Below, one piece after another: positions 49,183 to 58,246 of a DNA stretch of 64,000 nt. This DNA is from Armatimonadota bacterium (lineage in GTDB: Bacteria > Armatimonadota > Fimbriimonadia > Fimbriimonadales > GBS-DC). The notes beneath the pieces were generated by a model. It did no database searches. It saw only the letters and a program-made list of their open reading frames with translations, and was not told the origin of the DNA. The DNA is taken from NCBI GenBank assembly GCA_037445735.1, contig JBBIJY010000006.1:32001-96000 (forward strand), given 5' to 3'. Position numbers and translations under genes: made by a program. The stretch's first letter is position 1, and every line of letters begins with the position of its first letter.

Positions 49183-50952
49183 TTAGTAGTAGCCGGCGGT
49201 GAACACCACACGGCGCACTTCGTCAGGGGTCGTGACGCCTTCCAGCACCTTGATGAGTCCGTCCTCGCGCAGCTCCTTCATGCCGTTCGCTTTGGCGGCT
49301 TCTTTGATGTCGGAGAGCGGCGCGCGACGCACAATCAGTTCGGCAATCTCGGCGTTGACCACCATCAATTCGAAGATCCCGATTCGCCCCCTGTAGCCGC
49401 GATAGCGGCACTCTTCACAGCCTGTGCCCTCCCAGATGGTGACGACCTGGTCGGGGTCTTCCACCTGGAATCCGAAGGCACGCAGGTCGGCGGCGCGAAT
49501 CTCGCGTGGCTGCTTGCACTTCTGGCACACGCGCCGTGCCAGTCGCTGCGCCAGCACGCCCGTGACGGTTGCCGAGATGAGGTACGGCTCCACGCCCATA
49601 TCGATCATGCGGATAACCGCCGAGGGCGCGTCGTTGGTGTGCAGGGTGGACAGCACCAGGTGTCCCGTGAGCGCAGCTTCAATCGCGATCTCGGCGGTCT
49701 CCAGGTCGCGCATCTCACCCACCATGATGATGTCGGGGTCCTGGCGCAGGAAGGCGCGCAGCGCGTTCGCAAAGGTCAGACCCGCCTTGCGGTTCACCTG
49801 CACCTGGCTGATGCCCGGCAGCTGATATTCAATCGGGTCCTCAATGGTGAGGATATTCTTCTCGACTGAGTTCAGCTTGTGCAGAATCGAATACTGCGTG
49901 GTGGTCTTGCCGGAGCCAGTGGGTCCTGTTGACAGCACCATGCCCTGCGGCTGGATGACCAGCTCTTCGAGGCGTGCCTGCGTTTCGGGTGTGAAGCCGA
50001 GCTTGTTGAGACCGATCAGCACGCTGGTCTTGTCCAGAATACGCATCACGATCTTTTCACCCAGTGGGGTGGGGATGGACGAGACGCGCAGGTCGTAGTC
50101 TTTGTTCTGGTAGCGGATGGGGATGCGTCCATCCTGTGGCAGGCGCTTCTCGGCGATGTTCATCTCCGCCATGATTTTGTAGCGGGAGATGAGCGGCGCC
50201 TGAATATACTTGGGCAGGGTCAACACCTCGTGCAGCACGCCGTCGATTCGGTAGCGGATGCGCACATTGCGCAGCTGCGGTTCGACATGGATATCGCTGG
50301 CGCGTTCATCGATGGCACGCTGAATGATGATATTGGCGGCGCGCACGATGGGTCCCTCTTCGGCTTCGCGCAGCACGGCTTTCTCGTCTTCTTCGAGGTC
50401 GCCCCGTGCGCTGTAGGCAGCGACTTCCGACATCACGGAGGCTTTCAGGTCCGCGGGTCGCGCGGGCGTGCCGCCTCCACCCTCGCCCGCCGTCGTGCTG
50501 CCGTCGCCCGCGATGGCAGAGCCGCCATAGGCGCGACGAATCGCGTCCTCAATCGCGCCCGGCGCCGCCAGCACCGGACGCACCATGCAACGCGAGTTGA
50601 CCCGCACATCATCGATCGCCATCACATTGTTCGGGTCCGCCATCGCCAGATAGAGAATGTTGCCTTCTTTTTTAACGGGCATCACATTATATCGCTTGGC
50701 TATATGCTCTTTGACCACATTGACGGCGGAGGGGTCAGGCGTGGTGCGATCGAGGTCAACGAACGGCATGCCCATCTCGTAGGCTTTCGCCTCGTAGGCA
50801 TCGCGCTCGCTGACCACCGCCTGGTCCACCAGAATCTGTGCCAGGTCCTTCCCTGTGGTCTGCTGCACCCGCAGCGCGTCCTCCAGTTGCTCACGGGTGA
50901 TGAGACCCTTCTCAATCAGGTACTCACCCATGCTCTTGCGTGTCATTGCCAT
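49183..50952 (-). CDS. pilB: Type IV pilus assembly ATPase with degenerate MshEN N-terminus
   Basis: ASDIHVEP, RLPQDGR, GPTGSGKTTT, LRQDPD, CQKC...CEEC, GRIGIFEL. Confidence 0.95.
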   Translation of the reverse strand: MAMTRKSMGEYLIEKGLITREQLEDALRVQQTTGKDLAQILVDQAVVSERDAYEAKAYEMGMPFVDLDRTTPDPSAVNVVKEHIAKRYNVMPVKKEGNILYLAMADPNNVMAIDDVRVNSRCMVRPVLAAPGAIEDAIRRAYGGSAIAGDGSTTAGEGGGGTPARPADLKASVMSEVAAYSARGDLEEDEKAVLREAEEGPIVRAANIIIQRAIDERASDIHVEPQLRNVRIRYRIDGVLHEVLTLPKYIQAPLISRYKIMAEMNIAEKRLPQDGRIPIRYQNKDYDLRVSSIPTPLGEKIVMRILDKTSVLIGLNKLGFTPETQARLEELVIQPQGMVLSTGPTGSGKTTTQYSILHKLNSVEKNILTIEDPIEYQLPGISQVQVNRKAGLTFANALRAFLRQDPDIIMVGEMRDLETAEIAIEAALTGHLVLSTLHTNDAPSAVIRMIDMGVEPYLISATVTGVLAQRLARRVCQKCKQPREIRAADLRAFGFQVEDPDQVVTIWEGTGCEECRYRGYRGRIGIFELMVVNAEIAELIVRRAPLSDIKEAAKANGMKELREDGLIKVLEGVTTPDEVRRVVFTAGYY

Positions 50953-50991
50953 CGTTCTTCACTCCCTGTTGAGCGTCGGTCCGCCGTATAG

Positions 50992-51028
50992 ATTATAGCA
51001 TGTTTCGACGGCGCGCGTATGGTATAAT
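50992..51028. promoter_or_regulatory. Divergent extended -10 promoters (TGnTATAAT on both strands)
   Basis: TGCTATAAT on the minus strand (hexamer 50992-50997) and TGGTATAAT on the plus strand (hexamer 51023-51028). Confidence 0.65.
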
Positions 51029-51084
51029 CTCTTTCGCGGGGCAGGGAGCGTTTCCTGCCACTTTTTCTGGAGGTGTTCCGAATA

Positions 51085-51888
51085 ATGCGAATCGGATGGA
51101 CGATTGTGATAGCATGGATGGCGCTGCTGATGGGGCTGGCTCAAAACGGGTCGGCGCCACGCGGCGGCACCAAAGGCAGCGCCCAGAAGGACGACGGGCG
51201 CATCCCGATTGCACAGGCGGCGCAGGAGCTGTCCAGCAAATTCTCGGTGAAAATCGTGGTGGATCCACTGATGACGGCGCGCGTGCAGCCGCCGCAGGCA
51301 AAAGAGCTGGAGAGCGCGCTGAACGAGCTGGTGGGGCAGGTGTCGGGAGCCGTCTGGCGCAAAGTGTACACAAACAGGGTGCTGGGGCAGGAGCCTGAAC
51401 CGGAAAAGGTGGTTGCCGCCGTGCGCGCCCTGCTCGCCATCGAACTGGGCGGCGTGCTGGTGCTCGACCCACGCACGGGCACGCTCCACTCCTTCGTGGC
51501 GAACTACCCGATTGCTCCCAACTTTGAACAGAGCCTGGAGCAGATGCAGCCGCCGTTCAGCTCCACCCCCATCTATGTGATCCTGGAGCCGCGCCCGCGC
51601 GTGCTTGCCGACCTCAAGGGCACGCGCATGGAACAGTTCACTAAAGTCCAGCAGCAGCTGCTGGAGCTGCTGGCACGCATGACACCCGAAGAGCGAGCAC
51701 AGGCGCTTCGCGCAGGCTTCCAGATGTGGCTCAACGCCGATCCTGAGCTGCGCTACCAGATGATGTTCGAAGGCTTGCGCATGTCGTTCGAATACTGGCA
51801 GTCGCTCACGCCCGAACAGCAACAGCAGATGATGGAGGAGGGGCGCAAATGGTTCGAGCAATACTTCGGCGGGGGTGGCAATCCGTAA
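51085..51888 (+). CDS. Exported hypothetical protein (STN-like N-region, helical LTPEQ-type C-region)
   Basis: SD GGAGGT, signal peptide; divergent from pilB. Confidence 0.7.
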   Translation: MRIGWTIVIAWMALLMGLAQNGSAPRGGTKGSAQKDDGRIPIAQAAQELSSKFSVKIVVDPLMTARVQPPQAKELESALNELVGQVSGAVWRKVYTNRVLGQEPEPEKVVAAVRALLAIELGGVLVLDPRTGTLHSFVANYPIAPNFEQSLEQMQPPFSSTPIYVILEPRPRVLADLKGTRMEQFTKVQQQLLELLARMTPEERAQALRAGFQMWLNADPELRYQMMFEGLRMSFEYWQSLTPEQQQQMMEEGRKWFEQYFGGGGNP

Positions 51889-51925
51889 GCAGGAATGTGC
51901 CCGAATCCCACCGAATCGCGAGCAT

Positions 51926-52708
51926 ATGCGCACGATAACGCTGGTCGGTGTGCTGGCGATGGCGCTCGTCAGCCCACCCCTCTGGGGACAGGAAAAGATG
52001 GAACCGATAAAGAGTTCCTCCGTGAAACGGCTGCTCGTCGTTACACACACGGCAGGCTTCCGCCACACCGATTCGATTGAGGTGGGCGAGAAGATTCTCG
52101 CCGAGCTTGCCCACCAGAGCGGCAGGTTCACCGTCGACTACTGCCGAACCGCCGATGAGGTGCAGAAGATGCTCACGCCCGAATACCTCAACGAGAACCG
52201 CTACGACGGCGTGATCTTCCTCAACACCACAGGCGACATCGGAATCCCCGACCTGAAAGCCTTTCTGGAGTGGCTCAAGGGGGGCAAAGCCTTCATCGGC
52301 ATCCACGCCGCCACCGACACCTATCACAATCGCCCGGAATATATCGACATGATCGGCGGCGAGTTCGCCTATCACGGTCGGCAGACCAGAGTGCAGGCGC
52401 GCGTGGAAGATCGCAAGCACCCCGCCGTCGCCCATCTGGGCGAGAGCTGGGAAATCTTCGATGAGATTTATCTGTTCAAGGAGAACACGCGCGACCGCGT
52501 GAAGGTGCTGCTGTCGATGGATCGCCATCCCGATGATGGCACGCCGAACGCGGGTAAGCCGGGCGACTATCTGCTCGCGTGGTGTCGGGATTACGGCAGG
52601 GGGCGCGTGTTCTACACCGCGCTGGGGCATCGAGTCGATGTGTGGCTCAACCCCGATTATCAGAAGCACCTGATGGGCGGCATCGAGTGGGCGTTGCGCC
52701 TGAAATAG
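51926..52708 (+). CDS. ThuA-like (class I glutamine amidotransferase-like) exported protein
   Basis: TAGFRH, FLNTTG, GIHAATDT, DEIY, GRVFYTALGH. Confidence 0.88.
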   Translation: MRTITLVGVLAMALVSPPLWGQEKMEPIKSSSVKRLLVVTHTAGFRHTDSIEVGEKILAELAHQSGRFTVDYCRTADEVQKMLTPEYLNENRYDGVIFLNTTGDIGIPDLKAFLEWLKGGKAFIGIHAATDTYHNRPEYIDMIGGEFAYHGRQTRVQARVEDRKHPAVAHLGESWEIFDEIYLFKENTRDRVKVLLSMDRHPDDGTPNAGKPGDYLLAWCRDYGRGRVFYTALGHRVDVWLNPDYQKHLMGGIEWALRLK

Positions 52709-52723
52709 ACAGTTGAGACGGCG

Positions 52724-54319
52724 ATGAACCGCATCGTGGTCAAAAGTCCCGCCGATGGGAGTTTGGTGGGCGAGGTGGAGCCGACGCCCGTCGAGGCGAT
52801 CCCCTCGATGGTGGAGCGGGCGCACCGCGCGTTTGAAGAGTGGCGTCGCACGCCCCTGAAGGAGCGGGCGGACGCCATGCGCCAGCTCCGACGCCTGTTG
52901 CTCAAAGAGCGCCGCACCATCGCCGAACTGGTCGCCCGCGAACAGGGCAAACCCCTCATCGAGGCAACAATTGTCGAACTCTTCCCACCCATCGACACGA
53001 TGACCTTCCTGATCTACGAAGGGGTACGCCTGCTACGCCCGCAGCCGATCCGCCCGAAGGGTCCCTTTATGCGCGGGCGAACCTGCACGATGCACTTTCA
53101 TCCCTATGGTGTGTGGGCGGTGATTGCGCCCTGGAACTATCCCGTGTGTATTCCGCTGGTGCAGATAGCCGCGCTGGTGTTCACCGGCAACGCGGTGCTG
53201 CTCAAACCGTCGCCGCTGACACCGCTCACTGGCGCGCTGGTCGTGGAGCTGTTCCAGCAGCTGAACCTGCCCGATGGGCTGGTGCAGCTGGTGCAGGGGG
53301 GCGCACCGCAGGGTCAGGCGCTTCTCAGCGACCCGCGCGTGCGCGGCGTCATCTTCACCGGCAGCGTGCCCATCGGACGCGCCGTCGCCGCGAAAGCCGC
53401 CGAAACCAGCAAAAAGGTGATTCTGGAGCTGGGTGGCAAAGACCCTGCGATTGTGCTATCCGACGCCGATATCGAGCGCACCGCGCGCGGCATCGCCTGG
53501 GCAGCGATGGTGAACGCGGGACAGACCTGCGTGTCGGTGGAGCGCGTCTATGTGGAGCGCCCGCTCTATGAGCCGTTCCTGCAAGCTCTGCGCGAGGAGC
53601 TGTCGCGCATCCGTGTGGGACACCCGCTCAACATGGAGACCGATATGGGACCCCTGATTGCGCTGTTCCAGCGCGATCGGGTGCAGGCGCATGTGGAAGA
53701 CGCCTGCTCAAAAGGCGGGCGCGTGCTGACAGGCGGCAAGGTGTTAAGGGAGCTGGGCGAACTCTACTACGCGCCGACGCTCGTCGCTGATGCCCACGAG
53801 GGCATGCTCGGCATGCAGGAGGAGACCTTCGGACCGCTGGTGATGGTTCAGCCTGTGGCGAACGAGCAGGAGGCGGTGGCGCGGGCGAACGCCAGCGCGT
53901 TCGGGCTGACCGCCTCCGTCTGGACGCGCGACCGCCAGCGCGCCAGACGGATCGCGCCTCTGCTGGAATGTGGCGCCGTCACGGTCAATACGCACGCCAC
54001 CACCTTCGGCGACGGCTACAGCAGCTGGGGCGGATTCAAAGATTCGGGCGTCGGGCGCACGCACGGACAGTTCGGACTCTATGAGCTGGTTCAAACCCAG
54101 TATGTGAGCGAGCTTTACACTGTCAAGCCCGAACTCTGGTGGTATCCCTACAGCGAGCGGCTGCACCGCATCACCGACGAGATGATGGCGTGGTTGGCGG
54201 AGCCGACTCTGCGTATGAGCCTGCGCGCGATACGCCGCCTCGCCCCCGAACTGCGCTACCTCACCCGCCACTTCTCCCCGCTCAAAGCCATGCCAGGTTT
54301 CCTGCGCTATCTGCGCTGA
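52724..54319 (+). CDS. Aldehyde dehydrogenase family protein
   Basis: IAPWNYP, LKPS, FTGS, LELGGKD, NAGQTC, EETFGP, GGFKDSG. Confidence 0.92.
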   Translation: MNRIVVKSPADGSLVGEVEPTPVEAIPSMVERAHRAFEEWRRTPLKERADAMRQLRRLLLKERRTIAELVAREQGKPLIEATIVELFPPIDTMTFLIYEGVRLLRPQPIRPKGPFMRGRTCTMHFHPYGVWAVIAPWNYPVCIPLVQIAALVFTGNAVLLKPSPLTPLTGALVVELFQQLNLPDGLVQLVQGGAPQGQALLSDPRVRGVIFTGSVPIGRAVAAKAAETSKKVILELGGKDPAIVLSDADIERTARGIAWAAMVNAGQTCVSVERVYVERPLYEPFLQALREELSRIRVGHPLNMETDMGPLIALFQRDRVQAHVEDACSKGGRVLTGGKVLRELGELYYAPTLVADAHEGMLGMQEETFGPLVMVQPVANEQEAVARANASAFGLTASVWTRDRQRARRIAPLLECGAVTVNTHATTFGDGYSSWGGFKDSGVGRTHGQFGLYELVQTQYVSELYTVKPELWWYPYSERLHRITDEMMAWLAEPTLRMSLRAIRRLAPELRYLTRHFSPLKAMPGFLRYLR

Positions 54320-55119
54320 TGGTTTGCCAGCCGCTGACGCTCCCTGTGCAATCGCAGCTGGCATGCCTCCACATAGCGCGGCTCGCGTTCGATCAGCACG
54401 AATCGTCGCCCATACCGAAGTGCCACCACACCCGTTGTGCCCGTGCCCGCCATCGGATCCAGCACCACATCGCCCTCGTTTGTCGAGGTCAAAATCACGC
54501 GCTCCAGCAGGGCTTCGGGCTTCTGCGTCGGATGCAATTTGCGCCCTTCCGAATCTTTCAGCCGCTCCTTGCCCGTACAGATAGGCAATTCCCACACATT
54601 GACTGCCAGCCGAAAGCCGTCGGGCGCAAAGGCGCGCGCCACATCAGCATGATAGGTGTAATCCTTCACCGTGCGGTCTTTAACCGCCCAGATGAGGGTC
54701 TCGGTGGCGTTCGTGAAGCGCACATTCAACCAGTTGGGCATCGCGTTCGTCTTAATCCAGATGACCTCGCTCAGAATCCAGAAGCCCGCATCCTGCAACA
54801 GTCTGCCGATGCGATGGATATTGTGATAGGTGCCGATGACCCACAGGGTGGCGCTGGGCTTCATCAGGCGGCGCAGCTGCGCCAGCACCGTACCGATAAA
54901 AGCGTCATACTCCTCGAAGCTGGCGAACTGATCCCACGGTTCATAGACACCCTCCACCAGCGTTCGGGCTTTCCAGCGCAGCAGCTGCCGCTTTGGTAGC
55001 TGCAAAAAATAGGGTGGGTCAAAAAACACCATATCGGCGAGCGCGTCGGGCAGCTGGGGCAGCACCGCCAGCGCGTCGCCACAGATAACACGATCCAGCC
55101 AATCTCCCGCTTTATCCAT
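54307..55119 (-). CDS. Beta-class amino-DNA methyltransferase, CcrM/M.HinfI-like, orphan
   Basis: DPPYFLQL, WVIGTYHNI, IWIKTNAMPN, HPTQKPEALL, DPMAGTGTT. Confidence 0.88.
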   Translation of the reverse strand: MDKAGDWLDRVICGDALAVLPQLPDALADMVFFDPPYFLQLPKRQLLRWKARTLVEGVYEPWDQFASFEEYDAFIGTVLAQLRRLMKPSATLWVIGTYHNIHRIGRLLQDAGFWILSEVIWIKTNAMPNWLNVRFTNATETLIWAVKDRTVKDYTYHADVARAFAPDGFRLAVNVWELPICTGKERLKDSEGRKLHPTQKPEALLERVILTSTNEGDVVLDPMAGTGTTGVVALRYGRRFVLIEREPRYVEACQLRLHRERQRLANHQRR

Positions 55120-55360
55120 CGCTCTGCCCTATCTTACCCCATCCCCTGCCCCTTTCAACGGGGATGCAGGTCGGGAAAGGGCAGATGACCTGGCTCGTCC
55201 GTCTGCACCGTGCCGCTTACGACAGGCTTGCCATCCGGGTCAGCGCCGCTCCCATTTGCTGCATCCCATCGACCGAATGTGAACCACATGACAGGTATCA
55301 TGCTATCGTAGGGATGCGGGGTTCAGTGCAGCCACTCCGCACGGAAGGAGAAATCACCTT

Positions 55361-56005
55361 ATGAAACCAGCAGGTTCACGCTTTGGAATGTATGAGCGCG
55401 AGAGCGCGGATACGCGCGTCTATACCTCCGTCGATCTGGACGGCTCCGGGAACGCCCAGATCGACACCGGAATCGGCTTCTTTGACCATATGCTGGCACA
55501 GGTGGCGCGGCACGGGCTGATCGATCTGGTCATCGACGCGCATGGCGACCTGCAGGTGGACGAGCATCATGTGGTGGAGGATGTGGGCATCTGTCTGGGC
55601 AAGGCGGTTCAGCAGGCGCTGGGCGATATGCGCGGGATCAACCGCTTCGGCTGGGCGATTGTGCCGATGGACGAGGCGCTGGCGCTGGTCGCCCTCGATC
55701 TCAGCGGTCGCCCCATGCTGGAATTTGAGGCGCGCTTCCGCCGCGAGACGGTGGGCACTTTCCCCACCGAGCTGACCGCCGAGTTCTTCCGCGCCTTCGC
55801 CACCCACGCCGGCGCCACCCTCCATATCCGCCTGCTGAACGCCCGCAACGACCACCACGCCATCGAAGCTATCTTCAAAGCATTCGCCAGAGCACTGGAG
55901 ATGGCGACCCGCTACAACCCGCGCCAGAGTGCCATCCCGTCCACCAAAGGCTTCGTGGAAGGCGCGAACGAGGAGCCGCCGCTGGACGAAGGCGCACTCG
56001 GCTGA
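55361..56005 (+). CDS. hisB: Imidazoleglycerol-phosphate dehydratase
   Basis: TGIGFFDHML, GDLQVDEHHVVED, PMDEAL, NDHHAIEAIFKA, PSTKG. Confidence 0.95.
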   Translation: MKPAGSRFGMYERESADTRVYTSVDLDGSGNAQIDTGIGFFDHMLAQVARHGLIDLVIDAHGDLQVDEHHVVEDVGICLGKAVQQALGDMRGINRFGWAIVPMDEALALVALDLSGRPMLEFEARFRRETVGTFPTELTAEFFRAFATHAGATLHIRLLNARNDHHAIEAIFKAFARALEMATRYNPRQSAIPSTKGFVEGANEEPPLDEGALG

Positions 56006-56007
56006 CA

Positions 56008-56670
56008 TCAGTTGCTGGAGAAGAAGCCCGGCCAGTTTTCGGGGTCGAACGGCTTGATCTCGTAGGCGTGGGTCACCTCCTGCAGCACCAGGTGCAGCAG
56101 GCGCAGGCGCTCGCAGGTGTCCTGCAGCTCCAGCAGGTACTGCTTGAACGGCAAACTCACCTGCAGCGTGCCTGCCACTGCGAACGAGAGCATCACCGGG
56201 TCGTCGGGCAGGCGAATCTCGCTGGTGCGCAAGCCGTACGGCTCCAGCGCGGTGCGCAGAAACTCGGTGAAGGCGTCGGCGACCGCCTGCGTCAGCACCT
56301 GCTGCTCTTCGGGCGAAAAGGGCGGAAAGTCGCGCCAGGGCTCTATATCAGCCTGTAAATAGGCGGTCAGCCCGCGATGGAGCCGACGGATGCGGAACCG
56401 CTCCTCGCCCAGCGCCAGCAGATGGAACCGCCCATCCTCCAGCCGACGCAGCCTGCCAATCCGCGCCAGCGTGCCTATCTCGTACGGCTCCGCCTCACCG
56501 CCCACTTCCGAACCCTCCCGAATCAGCACCACCCCGAACGGCGAGTCGTGTTCCAGACAGTAGATGACCAGCTCCCGATAGCGCGGCTCAAACACATGGA
56601 GCGGTATCATCGTGTGCGGGAACAGCACCGTCTCCAGCGGAAACAACGGGACCCGACCCATTTTGCTCAC
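56008..56670 (-). CDS. LON peptidase substrate-binding (N-terminal) domain protein
   Basis: PLFPL.TVLFP...PLHVFEPRY, FGVVLIREG, GEERFRI. Confidence 0.88.
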   Translation of the reverse strand: MSKMGRVPLFPLETVLFPHTMIPLHVFEPRYRELVIYCLEHDSPFGVVLIREGSEVGGEAEPYEIGTLARIGRLRRLEDGRFHLLALGEERFRIRRLHRGLTAYLQADIEPWRDFPPFSPEEQQVLTQAVADAFTEFLRTALEPYGLRTSEIRLPDDPVMLSFAVAGTLQVSLPFKQYLLELQDTCERLRLLHLVLQEVTHAYEIKPFDPENWPGFFSSN

Positions 56671-56686
56671 TCTACCACCTGCACAA

Positions 56687-58246
56687 TTATACCCGAATCA
56701 ATCGGCGCAGGGTCGCAAAGCCGCCGATCCGCGCCCAGCAGGGGAGATTGGACGGCTCTTCAGGGTTTTCAGGCAGGCGACAACGCACGCCCGTGAGCGC
56801 CGCCACCATCGCCGCGACCGCCGCGCCCACCGAATCGGCAATCAGATGCACCTGCACGCCCTGCGCCCGCAACGCCTGCACCTGCACCAGCAGCTCGCGC
56901 GCCATCCCTGCGAGCGGAGTCAGATTGTAAGTGTCAAAGAAGGCGCTTTTCGGCGCAGCGGACGACGGCACATGCCACACCTGCGCATGCGCGCCAGCCG
57001 GCAACCCTTCTGGCGGCGCACCCCCCTCGCGAATCACCACCATCCACTGCTGTTTCGCGACTGGCTTCCCCTGCGATTCGGGAGCTTCGGGCAGTTTGGG
57101 CAGCCCCAGCATAGAGAGCAGTGCGTCGTGCAGTTCCCTGCGGAAGGCGCGACGCCGTTGCCAGCGCGGCAGGCTCGCCTGCACCGCCGCGCGATATTGC
57201 GCGAACACGAAGGCGCCATCGCCAGGCGCGAACGGGCGCGGTAGCGCGTCGCCCCACACCCGCAACGCATGCAACAGCTCCAGCGCGTCCACCGATGGGT
57301 CGTCCGGCACAAAGTTCAGTTTCAGCACCTGCGCCGCCCAGCGATAGTAAGCCGCTCGCGCCTCCGCCCCAAACTGATGACCCTCCTTCAGATGCACATG
57401 CTGGAACCGCTCCGACGCACCGTATAACTGATATACCCGACGGATAAAGGGCGCCACATGCTCAGGGTTATCCGCCGTCCAGTCTTCCGAATCGGAGATC
57501 AGCAGCATCGGTCGGGGCGCGCAGAGGGCAGCGATTTCAGGGTTGCAGGCGAACAGGCGCAACAGGGGCGGATTCTCGCAGATGCAGCCGCCCTGCATGC
57601 GTGTCGAGACCATCTTCACGGGCGCGGCACAGCACAGGCGCGGCTCCACAGCGGCTAACAGAAAGGTCTGCGTGCCGCCGCCCGAAATGCCGCTGCAGCC
57701 GATGCGCTTCGCGTCCACCTCGGACTGACGCGCGAGCCACTCGAAGGCGCACAGGCTGTTCCAGGTCTGCAGTCCTGCGCGGCTGAAGCCCCAGCGATGC
57801 CATTCGTCTGGCTCATCGCCCCCGTGTGGCATCTGCAGGTGGTCGTTATAGCCGACCATATCGTACATCAGCACCCATGCGCCCGCCTGCGCCAGCGCGA
57901 TGGCCCGCCGAACATCGGGCGTGTTGAGCCGACCCTGCGCAAAGTGCCCGTGCGGCTGCAACATGGCGGGCGCGCGCCGACCCGCAGGGCGCTCTGGCAG
58001 AAACAGACTGCCCGTCAGGTAATAACCGGGCAGCGTTTCCAGCGCGAAGCGTTCGATTCGGAAGCCGTCGCCTGTGAGGGCGGGGGCGCGCAGCGCTCGC
58101 AACGGCGCAGGCGGCAACTGCGGCAGCAAGCCGCACGCCAGTCGCACATGGGCGCGCAATCGTCGCGCGAACACCTCCCACTCCGCGCGGCTCGCCACCC
58201 GCGCCATCGACGGCATACACGGTGTGTCAGGATCCCGGCTCTGCAC
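56687..58246 (-). CDS. Alpha/beta hydrolase (acetyl xylan esterase-like)
   Basis: PHGH, YDMVGY, GISGGGTQT, GGCICEN, APRPMLL; start uncertain. Confidence 0.75.
   Translation of the reverse strand: MQSRDPDTPCMPSMARVASRAEWEVFARRLRAHVRLACGLLPQLPPAPLRALRAPALTGDGFRIERFALETLPGYYLTGSLFLPERPAGRRAPAMLQPHGHFAQGRLNTPDVRRAIALAQAGAWVLMYDMVGYNDHLQMPHGGDEPDEWHRWGFSRAGLQTWNSLCAFEWLARQSEVDAKRIGCSGISGGGTQTFLLAAVEPRLCCAAPVKMVSTRMQGGCICENPPLLRLFACNPEIAALCAPRPMLLISDSEDWTADNPEHVAPFIRRVYQLYGASERFQHVHLKEGHQFGAEARAAYYRWAAQVLKLNFVPDDPSVDALELLHALRVWGDALPRPFAPGDGAFVFAQYRAAVQASLPRWQRRRAFRRELHDALLSMLGLPKLPEAPESQGKPVAKQQWMVVIREGGAPPEGLPAGAHAQVWHVPSSAAPKSAFFDTYNLTPLAGMARELLVQVQALRAQGVQVHLIADSVGAAVAAMVAALTGVRCRLPENPEEPSNLPCWARIGGFATLRRLIRV

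Noticed and set aside
55279-55313. TPP riboswitch (gaacc...cgtaggga)
   Set aside because: Lacks the conserved CUGAGA and CCUGAU elements, and hisB is not a thiamine gene.
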